A stretch of 64,000 bases of DNA from Salpingoeca rosetta. Taxonomy: Eukaryota; Protista; Choanoflagellata. Positions 42,251 to 56,893 of this stretch are shown one piece after another; positions within the stretch are counted from its first letter, which is position 1, and each line of letters opens with the position of its first letter. A program made the position numbers and the translations under genes. The notes beneath the pieces are model-generated. The model worked only from the letters and a program-made list of their open reading frames with translations. It was not told the DNA's origin and ran no database searches. The stretch is taken from NCBI GenBank assembly GCA_033442325.1, contig JAWQFM010000009.1:613597-677596 (forward strand), in the 5' to 3' direction.

Positions 42251-43900
42251 CAGACACACACACACACACACGCACTACACACACACACGCAACACATACG
42301 CACGCACTACACACGCACACACACAAAAACAAACAAACAAACACACGCAAACAGCAGCAGTATCAAGCCCACACGCTTCAACGTACGAAGCAAAGGGTTC
42401 TCCCGCGTTGGTTGCTGAGTCACAGTGGCCCCGGACAGCTGATTGCACAGGCGAGCAAGACACTCGCACACGCCGACGATGCTCAGGTACCTGGTCAGCG
42501 CATCGCACTCGTCCCCGTCTCTCAGCGGCAACACGTGCTGGCGCGCCCGCACGTCCGCCATGACAACATTGCCGTGGATGGCAATGAAGCCCTTGCGCCG
42601 CTGCATCAGCCGCTGTGCCAGGTGCGCGATGAAGGGCTGGAGCCTAGGCATGGGATGCATGGGGCTGGCCAAGTACTGCACAGCCGGCTCCGTTCTAAAC
42701 GCCGTTTGGAAGATGTCGCGCACGAGCACGGCGCCGTTGCTGCAGAACTTGAATTCGCCCACAAACGACTGGCGGTACGACACAAACACGCGGGAGAACG
42801 TGCGAGGGAACACCTTGAGGCCAAACCGCGGGCCCGTGAACATGAGCCGCAGCGTGGGCTGGATGGACGCCAGTTTGAACAGCAAAATGGACAGCCCGTG
42901 CTTGCGCTTGTTGAGCAGAAACGTGAACAGCGCACGCACGCGATCAAGTGTCAGCTCAACGTCCGGCCCAACGGCGCGCGGGCAGCGGTGCGAGACATCA
43001 AACTCCTGACGGGAGTGTTGCCACACAAACCGCATCAGCACGAGCAGCTGGGGCTCCTCCTCCGCTGGCGGCGATGGTGGCGCTGGCGACACGGCACTGC
43101 CGGATGTGGGCAGGCCGGCAGTTGTGATGTTGCCCAGCACGCCATCGTGGCCGCTGGTGGCAGACGCTGCTGCTGTGGCTGCGTCAATGGCAACGGAGGT
43201 GGTGGTCGTTAACGCATCGCCAAGCACGGCACTGCTGCTGTTGACGTTGGTATCTCCTCCTCCTCCTCCTCCTGCACCTGCGCCCGCGGTTGCACCTGCT
43301 GCTGCTGCTGTAGAGGACGATGTTGGTACCACCTTGTCTGCGTTTGGTTTCCAGTGCACGCCAATTTCCAGCCCGTCGGCGCCAAACGAGTGCAGCGAGA
43401 GCAGCTTGTGGTGCGGCAGTGATTCGTCACGCAGCATGCACACCGTCTGCAGGAACTTCATGTGTGAATACCACGGCCGCTGCAGCGCATCCAAGCACCT
43501 GCGTGCGTGCGTGTGTGTGTGTATGTGTGTATGCGTGTATGAGAGAGTGTGTGTATGAGGGTTGTTGTTGTTCAGGTGAGTATGAGCGCAGTTGCACATG
43601 TGAGAAGCGGGACAGGTGATGACAGGCAATGCTCCACCATGCATGCAGCCAAGACGACCAACCCAGCAGGGGTGAGGCTGGTTGCGGTGAAAGTGCCTGC
43701 AGCCCAATCGAAGCGGCCCTTGAGAGCAAGCGAGTCGTTGTCAGCCACGGTCTGGCGCTGGTGCAGCCACGACGGCAGCCGGGATGTGTCCATGGCAATT
43801 TGCCACCGGCTGCGCAATCGGGTGTGAAGGTGATGGTGACGTTGAAGGAACACCGCATATGAGTACATGGGCCTGAAGAACTGGCACCAATGCGTGCTTG

Positions 43901-43954
<54 letters not shown>

Positions 43955-46900
43955 GACGCATATGCGCACGTATACATACAGCGCAAAGAAGCGTTCTCAC
44001 CATATCCCAGAGGCTGCGCAGTGCAGGTGTGCAGACTTGAGGGGAACGAGCGGGGAGGTGGCGAGGTTGAAGATGCGGAACGTCACGCCCGTCTCCAGCA
44101 GCGACCACGACTGCGCATCGCCTGTGATGTGCAGCACAATTTGTTGGTTGTTGAAGGGAAGGGTGTGAGAGGGAGTGTGAGGGACAAAGAGTATGGGCTG
44201 TGGCAGCTGGTGTTTGAAACAGGAGGGCGGCAATAATGTGGTGAGGGAAACACAAGCGAGACGGCAAAGGAGACAGCAAAATGGGTGGAATGCGTGTGTC
44301 GTTGTGTGCGCTTGCTTGCTTGCGTGCTTACTGAGGGAGATGAGTGGGGAGTGACGGAGACTGTCGCTTCGCAGCTGTCGTGAGTCGAAGGCAGACATCC
44401 ACAGCGCACACACCATCATGTGTGAGGCGTCAACAACAATGTAACACAAACAGTAATCGCATCATCACACACAACAAACACACCTCCAACATATACACAC
44501 ACAGGCACACGCATACACGCCACACACCTGTCGTGATACGCATGAGAGGAGCATTGCAAAGCGCGTCACGGCGAGCTGGCGCTGCAGGCGCCGCTGCTCA
44601 AGTTCGCTCCTGGTGGCCGGACAGGTAAAGGAGAGAAAGACAAGGGAGAGAGAATGTGTGAGTGTGTGTGTGTGTGTGAGTGGTTATGATTTTAAGTGTA
44701 GGTGTACGTGAGAATATGTGAGGTTGAGAGACATACACACACACAGACAGACAGAAAAGACAAACAGACAACAACACACAGGCAAGCCGCGGCAACAACG
44801 ATGATGAAGATGATGCGACAGGCGCCAGCAAGCAGATAACATACCAATTGAAGCGCGCATCTGCCAACCCCTGCTGCTGCTGTTGGTGTTGGTGTTGGTG
44901 TTGGTGTTTGTCAACAAGAATGTCCATGACGGTGTCGACGCGAAGAGCGCCCTCCATCTCGGCTGCCTGGCAGATGCGATCCCACCGCCGCCCCTCCGCT
45001 TGCCGCATCTCGCACGTGCTCATCCGCAGCGCACTCGCTACAACCGCCCGTGCAGAATCGTACACACGCAGCACAGCCGGCGCAGGCGCTGTTGTTGATG
45101 ACGGCGCCAGCGACGAGTGGGTGGCGCCCGCGGATGTTGGTGTCTGCGCAGGTGTGTTGCCACGGCTCGGCGCAGAGAGACCAAGTGACGTCGACGACGA
45201 TGGTGTCATGCCACCGCCGCCAGATGCAGGCGAGCTCGTGCTGCCTGCGCGAGCGCTGTTGGTTTTGGCGTTTGTTGCTAGCATGGCGGTGGCGACGGAG
45301 GAGGATGAGGACATGTGCGGACTGGTGGCGGTGTGGCCGGGGAAGGAGGCAGCAACTTCGTACGGTGCCTCAATGTGACACGCGAGCATTCGCACGCGCA
45401 TGGACAGCGATGCAGACACAGACAGCAACTGTGTTGTATGTGTGTGTATGTGTGTGTGTGGATGGGGAAAGCGGTGAGATGAAGTTGCGGCTAACGGAGA
45501 TGCGCACACAATGATACACACACACACATACACACTTATACACGCGCTTGACTGATGTACAGAGCGTAAGCATTGCTCAAGCATGCAAACAACGCCAGTG
45601 GTAATCAGTGAATGCTGCAACCACGCACCAGGGCGTGGCCGGGGTAGTCGAGGAAGATGAAGCAGCGGGAGAAGGCAAGCGTGTCCGCATCCAGCACGTG
45701 ACTCAGCCCGCCAAGAGACGTCTGGCGCATGAGCATGCGCGTGTGGGTATGCGTGTGTGTGTGTGTGTGTCAATGCGTGTGTGAGTATGCGTGTGTGTCA
45801 ATGAATAAGCACACCCAGTCGGTGCATGTATGTGTGGGTGCATTGTGGGGTAAGAGAAAGTAGGGCAGCCGCATATGAGCAACACTTGGCCCATGCCACG
45901 AACGCTGGTGCTGCATGCACATGAACATCAGCACAGGCACTCACCATCTTGACTTCTGTCGCAAAGGAAGAGGACGCAATGCGACGAATCACCGCATCCA
46001 ATACGCACGTCCTCCTGTGCATGTGTACATGTGTGTGTGTGTGTGTGAAAGCTGACTTGAAAAGATGCGCACTTATTGCTGTGCACGTCAACGCTGACAT
46101 CCAGCACACACGCAATCACAAATGCAATGAAACGTACATGGCCGCATGCATGCAGCTTGGCGCCTGGAGCGGATCAAAGTTGATTGCCTGCTCAACGGCA
46201 TGGAGATCTGTTGCCTGCAGGCACGTGGTCAGGAACAGGCGCCCAGAATCCGGACACACGCGAAGCGATAGCCGCTCCTCCGTTGGGGTCAGCGTTTCCA
46301 GCGCTGTAACGTCGGGGGATGAGGGTGATGATGTGGTGCCAAGCGAGGGACCGCTGTCCTCCGCATCGCCGCTCTTCATCGCAGCAGCGGCGGCACTGGC
46401 TGCTGTGGCCTCGACGCGAATGGGGAACGTGACGTTCACACACATCGCATCATCAGCAACATCATCATCATTGTTGCCAGCACCGCCATCATCATCTGCC
46501 ACATCGTGCCATCGCGTGTCCATCACGCCACCGCTTCGCCCTTCAGACCTCGTGCCCATCCTCCACAATGACAATGGTTGTGTTGCTGCTGCTGCTGCTG
46601 TTGTTGTAGCTGTAGTTGTAGTTGCTGCTGTTGGTGTTGTCGGATCTTGTGGCGCTGGCCCAAAGGAGACCATCGCTGCGCATGACGCAACAAGCGCGCT
46701 TGCCGCCAGCTGCTCGCGAATGCTTGCAAGCAAGTGATGTGACAGGCGACGCTGTACACAAGTCAGCAGTGCTTGCATATTTGGCGATCGCCCCTGCTCC
46801 GTGTGAGTGAATGTGTGTGTGTGTGTGTGTGTGCGTGCGTGTGTGTGAATGTGTGGGTGTCTTGCAGGTGCAAGCGAACGCAAGATCCAACTTCCAGCAC

Positions 46901-48127
46901 ATACACACACACATACGCCACACATACGTCACATACAGGCAAAGCAGCGCGAATCATAATGCCAACATGACAGTGACACGGCCCCTCACCATGCACGCGT
47001 CGTAATCGCTGCCGTCCATCCCAACAACTGGTGTCGGCTTCACGTCAATGTAAAAGTCAAAACTATCGTACACTGGGGGCATGGCTTCATTGTTTGCGCC
47101 CTCATCAACACCACCACTGTTGTCACCACTGTCGTCGCTGGTGCGGTTGGCGTGGTTGTGGTTGGCGTGGTGTCCTCTTGCCTGTTTGCTGCCAGTTGTG
47201 GGCGTTTGTGGCCGCAGCGGACTCACAATCTCAAGCGTCGCGCTGGCCCAGCCCTCCACTCCACCTCCTCTCGACGACGATTGTGATGCAGGTTGTGTTG
47301 ACCCGGGTGGTGGCGCTGCGCCGGCTGCTGCCTTTACCAGCGCCAACCACGATGATGATGATGATGATGATGATGATGACGATGGTGGTGATGACGACTG
47401 GTTTCCATCGAGTTCATCATACGACTCGACACGCGACACGAGTCGCTTGAACTCCGGCCAAAAACCTGAAGAGTACATGTGTGCGTGTGTGCGTCAAAGT
47501 GTGTGTATGCATCATTATGTGTGTGTATGCATCATTGTGCGAGTGCATGTGATATGTGCGTGAGTGAGTGAGTATGACATGTGTGTGTGTGTTGACATTC
47601 AGCAAGGGGCTGCGGATGAATTCAGCATTGACGTACTCAGTTTGAGCGATGAGGGCGAGGATGACGCGTCGACAACAACCGACGAGCCCCACTTCGTCCT
47701 CTGCAGCGCCTCCGCCTGAACACACGCACATACACACACGCACATACACGTACGCACACACACGTACACACACACATGTGCAACAGAAGGAATTGAGCTC
47801 AAGAAGCGTCGTTTCGTTCAAGACACGCAAACATGCATCAACACACACACATGAACACGCGCGCACGCATTGATACACACACACACACACACACAGCGGC
47901 GCAGAGCAGAGCATGCAGCGGCACCTGTGCAGCCATGGTGTTGAGCTGCAACGAGAGGCAGAATGTGTGGATGGCGGCGCAGCAGCGGGAGAGGGGCTGG
48001 TCCCGCGTTGTGTCCAGGATTCCTTTCAGCAGCCGGCGCAACCGCTCAATGTGCGGGCTAGTGACGAGCCGCTCGCACGACGCAGCTGTGGTCACGCGCG
48101 CACGCACAAGCAGTGTGTTGTGTGTTT

Positions 48128-48178
<51 letters not shown>

Positions 48179-48468
48179 TGTGTGAGTGTGTGTGTGTGTG
48201 AGTGTGTGTGTGAGGTACAAGAGGGCAGCGAAGGTGTACGCACAGTGACCACAACAATAACAGCAGCAACCATCACCATCACCACCACCAATAGGGCAGT
48301 GCCTGCACATGGCAATTGCACGCACGTGCTGCGTGTGCGTCGAGGCGCCACTCATCGCGAACAAATACGTCCACCGTGAGCAGCCGCCACGGCGACGTTG
48401 CCGAGTTGTTGTCAATTGTAAACGCCATGCTGTACAGCCCGCCACACGTCAGCGTCAACCGGCCCTTG

Positions 48469-48534
<66 letters not shown>

Positions 48535-48785
48535 GCGAGAGATGCTCATTTGAAAAGGGAAAGAGCACTTCCAAGTGACATGTGCCAGCACACGTGCGCC
48601 TGCAAGCAACCACGAGCACCAAGCAAGCAACCACCACCAGCAGCAAAACCGCACCGATGGTGACGGCGGAGAGCCCGCGTGGGGCCGGCTCGTCGGCCAG
48701 GCGTCCGCGGATCTGCATGTGGAGCCACGACAGTGCGCGGTCGACGTCGCTCTTCAGCAGCGGCGGCTCCGGCAGCAGCAACTGG

Positions 48786-48850
<65 letters not shown>

Positions 48851-49912
48851 AGGAATGGGCGTGCTTGGTCGCGCAGACAGTGTTAGGTGCTGAAAATGTT
48901 GCACAGGGCTGCAAACCTCGATGTTTCGTGGCATCCGCGGGTACTCCCCAGACCCGAGCACGTCAACAGCGTGCGGCACGTCGTAGCTGGGAAGCCTGAG
49001 AAGCAAGTAAAGCATGCACAGCATGCAAAGCCGTTAGGACAAGATGGCATGGTGGGGGATAAAGGAGAGTGTCAAACCAATGAAAGCAGCAGCCATACGC
49101 ACGACACATACAGCAGCATGGCGCGCACGCTAAACCAGGCCACGCGGACCCCAACCGCGCAAACAACAACACTGCAACGACGTACGTTGCCATTGCCATG
49201 GACTCTACATGCCCATGCAGCGCATTTGCAGTCTCCAAGACGGTGAGATGCTTCATGTGTGTCGCTTGCACCAGCGTCTGTCACACCCAACACACACACA
49301 CATACATGTACCACATGACAGCGCACGACGCGCATGAATAGAACAGTCAGTCATAAGCAGGCGAGCGGGATCGAGAGCGACAGGAATGGGTGGCATGCGT
49401 GTGGTGTTGCAAGTCCGGCTTGCTCATGGCGCAATGTAGAAGTGAAAGCAGTGGTTTGACACGCACCGCAACGTTGTCGGCTTGCCCGCTCTTGGAGAGC
49501 CATCGAAGTATCACCAACAGTCGCATGAACCGTTGTCGAGCCTCGTGCAAGTACCGCATCAACTCTTGTTGCCTGCCCGTGGTTCAAAAAGCAGGGCGAA
49601 GCCACAACCGTTACAAACGTTTTGGAAGAGCACGCGAGCTTACACGTCGCTTCACGCTCGCCGCTCATTCAGCTCTGCCGCCACCCACTTCAAGCTCCAA
49701 ACAGTCCGACACCATGCTGATTATCCACACAAACGTCAGTACGGGTCCACGCAAACAGGCTGCGATACACAGCACAAACGCACGACACACCCAACAAAGA
49801 AGGCACCCTACCGCTGTCTCGCCGGTGCCACGGTCTCTGTCATGTCTGCGAGGTCCTTGTACGCTCGCTGGACAATCATGTCCACCAGCAAGCGAAGCGG
49901 TACAGCGTCCAT
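40784..49912 (-). CDS. MED14: Mediator subunit MED14 (Rgr1), many exons; 3' exons less certain
   Basis: [81 protein letters not shown]; contiguous minus-strand exons down to 40784. Confidence 0.85.
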
Positions 49913-50046
49913 GCTGCTGGTGTGGAAAGAAGCAGGGGAAAGCGAGGACGGGGGTTTCCGAGCACAGTCGAAAGCGACCGCCACCACTGGCCGATAGTCA
50001 CTGCAATTTATGGTGTCGAACAAATTTGCCTTGTGTGTCTCTTGTG

Positions 50047-50173
<127 letters not shown>

Positions 50174-50341
50174 CTGCTCTGTCTCCGTCACACACGCACA
50201 CACCCTCTTTGTCTGTCCCCCCTTCTCTCTCTCTCTCCTTTTGTCTCTGTGTGTATTCGGTTGACTCTGTCATGAGGACAACACAAAGTTTGGGTCTGTG
50301 TGTATGAAATGCGCGTGGGCGCGCGGGTGGATGCGACCATT

Positions 50342-53300
50342 TTAGTCAAATGCGCCGTCGCCATCGTCCTCTGTCGACGCCTCCATAATGGGCATCACCG
50401 GTTCAGAGACGGGAATCGTACGCAGCAGCGGCGTGCGCTCGGAGGAGCCACCACCACCGCCACCGCCACCGTTTGTTATCCCCGTATCCACAGACACGGC
50501 GTCGCTGACCTGTATCGCGCCTGCCGCCCGCACGGCCGTAGCCGTTCGCGATATCATTGCAGATGACGACGCGCGCTGTGTGCTCGATAGTCGCCGCCGG
50601 CTCGCAAGAATGCGCCTGGTGGGCGGTGGTCGTCGTCGTTGTCGTGGTCGTGGTGAGGGGTGGTGGTGGTGGTCGTGTTGCGTGAGTTAAGAAAGGGAAG
50701 GAGCAACCCCCCCCCCCCACTCACACACACACTCACTCACACACTCACACACACACTCACACACATATACACACGCATACGCACACACACACACACACAC
50801 GCATACGCACACACACACCACCTTGCATCACGCACCTTGCGACGTCGACAAACTGGTCCGTCTCGTCAACAATCTCTGCGCCCAGCAGCTCCTCAATCAC
50901 GTCCTCAAGCGTCAAGATGCCAATCACCTGCAGTAGTCGGCGTGGTGGTGGTGGCGGCGAACGCGTGTGATGAGACGCTACAGTGAGCGAATTGAGCGAG
51001 CAATGAAGCACAAACATGTCTTCGTCGCACAAGCGCGGAGGTCATTCCAGTGAAAACACTCACAATACATACACACACACATAGACACAGGCGCACATGT
51101 ACGCACATACGCATGTACACGAGTCGCACACCTCTCTGTCTTCGTTGAGGACAGCACCAATGTGCGACTTGCCCTCCCTGAACTTCTTCAGGCACGCGTA
51201 GAGGCCCATATTGCGCGGGAATGGCGTCAGCGCGTGCTTGCGGATGTCTACAGGCGGTAGTGGTGGTGGTGGTGATATTGGTGGTGGTGGCAAAGCGTCA
51301 ATGAAAGCGGCAGAAAGGTGTCCATGAACAATACAGGGATCGTTCTGTGTGTGTGTGTGTGTGTGCGTGCGTGTGTGTATGTGTGCGTGTATGCGCGCGC
51401 GTGCGTGTGTGTTCTGACCGGCGATGCGGACATTTGAGTTCTTGTGATATTGGATGAGCGTCTTTGTTAGAATAAAGTGCTGTCGGCGAGGAACAACGGG
51501 AGCAACCGTGAGGACGTGAGCACAATGTCAGTTTTCCACGACACAGAGGTCAAAGCACGCGCACGCAGATCCAAACACACACAGGCACGAACACACACGC
51601 GCGCGCGCACGTACATAGACAAACACGCACACACAACCAAACACAGCCACACCCATATACAACTCAGCACGTACCGATGTCTTGTGGCGGGTGTCCTTGA
51701 AGACAGGAATGCGGCTGTGCCCGCGCTCGAGAATCTCTTCAGCGAGCGCTGTCGAGTACACGCGGTCCACGTGCAGCATGTAGATGACGTCCAGCGGCTG
51801 CATCGCGTCCTCCGCAGTCTGCAACACGACAAGTAGTAGCAGCAGCGGTAGGAGGTGGAGAGATGGTGGAGGTGGAGGAGGTGGAGAGGTGGAGGTGGAG
51901 GAAGGGGTTGAGATGGGAGTGCACGAGGAATGTGTGACGCGTGAAGGGGAGAAGAAGAAGAACACGCGTCGGTGAGCATTGGAGGCTGTCGACCTTCGCA
52001 TAATACCTGAGCACTGACACACATGCACGCACACACACACACACGCACACACGAACAAATTTTGCATGTGCGTATGCAGGGCCGACCTTTGAGTTGAGTT
52101 CGAGCGCTCCCTGGATGATGGCAACTTCCTCGCTCGTCAGCGGCTCCTCGTTGTCCTCGTCGTTCTGATGCAGTGGACGGGAGCCATCGAGGTTGTGAGA
52201 TGATGGTGATGGTGAGGTGGTGATGGTGGGAAGTGGTGGGAGGTGGTAGTGATGGTAAAGTGGGTTGCAGTGCAGGACCCACGCCGGGCCGCGTGCGAGA
52301 TGTGCACGTTGTGTACTGGCTGTGACCGTACCGTGGTGTGAATGTTCACCAGGACGCCGAGTTCCGCACGGCGGAAGAACGCAGAGTGATGCTCGCCTGC
52401 CAGAAAACCGAATGATGTACGTGAGTGGTGATGCGGCAGCCACACACACTGGTCTTGCCATCACATGCCTACTTGCATACCCTCATGTACTTGCGTGTAC
52501 AGTCGCACACACACACACATTCTCTCTCTCAACACACAAACAAACAAACTCAACGCACGTGCTCTGACACTCAGCACACCCAACATTCCCTCAAACACAC
52601 ACACACACACGCACAAACACATGCTCTCACAAACAAACAAACAAACTCAACACACCTGCTCTGACACTCAGCACACCCAACATTCCCTCAAACACACACA
52701 CACACACACACACACAACACACACGCAACACACACAACACACACACAAGCAGCAGTACAAGCAGCGCACCGAGGATGAGGTCGAGGAGTTTGGAGAGCGG
52801 CCAGCCAATGGGCAGCATCACCAGCATGAGCAGCGTCACCATCGGTGCAAAGAACGCGCCAATCGCTGGCGCACAGTGAAGATGGACGGATGGACGCGTG
52901 AGGTGAGGTGTGGCGAAACACACAGACAAGGCAGGGCGACGCAGTGAGTGGCATGTCCGCCGACTGAATGCTGACATGAATGACGAGGACGTGAACGGCG
53001 ACGGCACGGACGATGACGGCACTACTGAGGACAATCGAGCAGCATGCGAACGTGTCATCTCGCCACCAAGTGCGTGCAGTATGCTGCCTCACCAAGGCCA
53101 TATTTAGAGCAGAGGGCCTGTGGAATGACTTCGCCAAACATCAGCACTGCCGTGACGGAGATGATGATGGCAATGTACTCGGGCACAAGGTCATCCAGAA
53201 ACAACGGCAGCGACTCGTTCACAGCCGCATTCGCCAACTGCAAACCCAAGGCGGAGGAAAGCGTGAACAACCAAGCAACAAGGAGAAGCAGAAATTGCAC

Positions 53301-53981
53301 CAAGAACAAAAGGCATTCAGACACTGCAGCGATGTAGCGCATGGGTTTGGGCGCGTACACACACACACACACACGCACAAGCCACACGCACACATGCATA
53401 CACGACACGCCACAACACACACAAGCTACGATGCTTACAAGTAGAGTGACGAGGAGCAAGTGATGTCGCTTGACAAGTGGTTTGATGCGCCTGGCATACT
53501 TTTGTTCCTCTGGTTTGCCTGCCTCGGAGAGAACCTGCAACTGCGTGCTGTCCAAGCTGAGCAAGCCCAGCGTCAGGCCGCTGAAGACACCCGCCAACAA
53601 CACTAACGCTGCAGAAATACCTGATGGGTGCCCATGCCGTTGTCGACGAACAAGGGACGAGGGAAGAGTGGCAAAGTTGCAATGGCGCAAAGCAATACAA
53701 TACGGCAGGTAATCACAGTGAGGCAGCCGGCAAGGCAAGCATCGGTGGTTCACAAGCACTAGAAGCGTGATCAATCACTCGTGGCAGAGCACTGAACGGC
53801 AAGCGCAACAACCACATTTCATTCGCCCTCAACACACGGAACAAATACACATGCACACACCAATGTTGACGAAGAACTCTGCAGATCCCGGAGTCAGGTA
53901 GTGTGATGTTTCTTGAGTGAAACGGATACCATCACACACCACCGTGGTGAGGTTGTTCGTCGTCGTGCACGTCACGTTCAT
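50342..53981 (-). CDS. CNNM/DUF21 + CBS-pair metal (Mg2+) transporter, Mam3-like
   Basis: LVLLAGVFSGLTLGLLSLD, HHLLLVTLL|LANAAVNESLPLFLD, VLMFGEVIPQALCSKYGL, PIGWPLSKLLDLILG, IIQGALEL..K, GHSRIPVF, F.EGKSH, GILTLEDVIEELLG.EI.DETD. Confidence 0.94.
52530..52715 (+). repeat. Direct duplication (about 100-bp period) in a CNNM intron
   Basis: caaacaaacaaactcaac...gctctgacactcagcacacccaacattccctcaaacacac occurs twice. Confidence 0.85.
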
Positions 53982-54103
53982 TTCCGCCGGCGTTCGTGCG
54001 TGCGTGTGGTATTTGTTGAGCGGCGGCGATCAGGTTGTGGCGCAAGTCGGGAAGAGTTGTTGAAGACGTAAACAATTTTCGGTAGGACCAAACGCCAACA
54101 ACG

Positions 54104-55688
54104 ATGCTGAAGCGCGAGTGGGTGTGTGCTGATGATGGTGGCACTGATGTCGGTGTGCAGGAGGGGTTGAAGGAGATGCCAACAAAACAGGAAGAAGGCA
54201 CAGAAGAGGCGCAAGACAACAGCATCGTCGTTTGCGAATTCAACGTGCTTGCCAACGGCTTGGCGCAACACGGTCAGCGCTCTTAGCGTGTGTGTGTGTG
54301 TGTCTGTCTGTCTGTGTGTGTGTGTGTGTGTGTGTCTGTCTGTCTGTGTGTGTGTCTGTCTGTGTGTGTCTGTGTGCGTGCGTGCGTGCGTGTGTGTCTG
54401 TGTGTCTGTCTGTGTCTGTCTGTGTCTGTGTGTCTGTGTCTGTGTGTGTGCATTCGCATGACACGTGTGCACCGCACACGTCAAATGAACGATTACACAG
54501 CACTTGCGAAGAGCGTTTTTCGACGCCTCCATTTCCTCACCGTTCCTACATGCAGCAGTACTGACTCGCGATTGCTCGTTGCGTGCTCCCTTCTGTCCAT
54601 CGTCTCCGGCTCATGGACAACAAGGCAAGTTTTCGCGGTGCGATGCAGAGTACTTGACGTGGGAGCACCGATCGCCGTTGCTGCGCGATGAGATTGCACG
54701 CATTCGTGCTGATATATTTGGCTTGGCAGAATGCAACGAATTCGACACCTTCTGGGAACCCATGTTTGCTGAGGAGGTCAGCTCTCCGCTTGTGTGTGCA
54801 TGTGTGTGTGCATGTGTGTGTGCATGTGTGTGTGCATGTGTGTGTGTGTAGTGCATGCGCTCTCTCTGTGTGTGTGTGTGTGTGTGTGTGTAGTGCTCTC
54901 TCACGGAGTGCCGTTTCGTTGCCGACCACAATGCTGCATGCAGGGCTATGATGTGGTGTACTGTGCAAAGAGCAAGAGCCCCGCACAGCGGTTTGGTGGC
55001 ACTGCGGATGGCTGCTGCATTGCCGTGCGCAGGGATCGGTTTCGCGTCGTCTCCAAACTGCAGCGCGACGATGCGCCGGTCGCCGTCGCTGCTCAGCTCC
55101 TCGACATCACAACCCAACAGCATTTGCTGGTACGCACCATTCGCGCAGGCGTGACCGTTTGCGTGTCGCGATCTGCACATTCCTCTATCACCCTGGCTGC
55201 AGTTGAGTTGTGGGTTTGCCACTGCTGTGCCAGCTCTCAATCCACAACGGCATGCTTGTTCGCCCCCTCTTGTCGCAGGTGTGCATGTGCCACTTGAAGT
55301 CTGGGCGCACGTTCGGTGACATGCGAAGTGCCCAGATGGAGATGTTGCTTGCAAGCATCAGCGAGTTTGAGGAGGGCCTTTCTCGTCCTTGCCCCACAGC
55401 CATTATGCTTGGCGATTTTAACGCCCATAGTGATGAGGTGAGCTGCACACGTTCCTCTTGCTGCTGCTCCCGATCCCACATCATTCCACAGATGTTCGTC
55501 GTCGTGGCCTGTCCTTGCAACCCGTCCCTAACAGTCAAACCTTCCTCCTCCCTGACTGCATTGTAAATAGATGTGCGTGACCATGTGCGAGGAAGCTGGC
55601 TTCACCAAGGTGTTTTCCGATGTCAAGCACTACCCCTGGACCACCTGGAAGTATCGCCACGGCCCATCCGCTGACCCAAAGTGCGTGC

Positions 55689-55759
<71 letters not shown>

Positions 55760-55773
55760 CGTGTGTGCGTGTG

Positions 55774-55860
<87 letters not shown>

Positions 55861-56394
55861 TGATGATGATGTTTGCTGGGCTGTGGGTGACTGTTTTCCC
55901 GGATGTATTGGTTCGATTTCAACAACAACAACTTAAACAACAACAACAACATCAACAACAACAATACACACACACACACTAACCACCACATGTGCAGGGA
56001 TGAAGTTGAGCAGAAGCACACAATTGACCACATCCTCGCGCGCCCCGCTACCCGCCTTGTCTCCTACCTCGCCCTTCCGTCCGACGATGAAGTGACGCAA
56101 GGCTGCTTCCCCTCTGCTACGTTCCCCAGTGACCACGTGAGCGTTGCTGTGCGCATCGCATGGGGTCCGAACCGAGAGGGCAGCGAAGACCACGGTGACA
56201 GCGATCAGACCGAGGCGGTTGAGTGCGTTGAGCGCATTGAAGAAGACCATGAAGGAGACACAGCGGGGAAGGGGACAGAGAACGGTGCTCCAGGTGCTAC
56301 AGGCGTAACACGTGCTGGTACCAGCGCTGGAGAGAGCGAGCGACAACCGCAAACGCCCAACAGAGCCGATGACGACAGAAGCGACAGCCACTGA
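54104..56394 (+). CDS. NOCT: Nocturnin-like EEP-family phosphatase (CCR4/nocturnin family)
   Basis: [61 protein letters not shown]. Confidence 0.85.
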
Positions 56395-56893
56395 TGTGGG
56401 GTTGCGTGCGTGTGTGCTTGTGCTCTGCGACATTGTCCCCAATCCCGCTTTGCTTGCCACCACACGAGTGGCGATTGATTCAAATGCCTGGTATCAATGC
56501 TCACATGCTGCATGCACTCGCAGCAGTGCCCTTCCCCGCCCCAATGCCACGTATTTTTGTCTCTCCCCGTGTTTGCGATGCGTTCTGTTCGACAACTAGA
56601 TTTCTTGTTGCCAGGTTGTTATTTGTGGACGTTGTTATGACATGAAAGATGACATGAAAATTTTGCGCACTGTACACGACCAGAACTGCGTCGGCCTCAA
56701 ACCACACCACCTCCACCGCACGCAACTACAACTACATCGCACATCGTCACCGCACACACTCTCCTCGCTCTTCACACACACACACACACATACACGCACA
56801 CACGCACACATGGACACATGGACACACACACACAAACACACACACACATGGACGGAACAGGCGTCACCCAATGCCTCCGATGTCCATGGTTGC

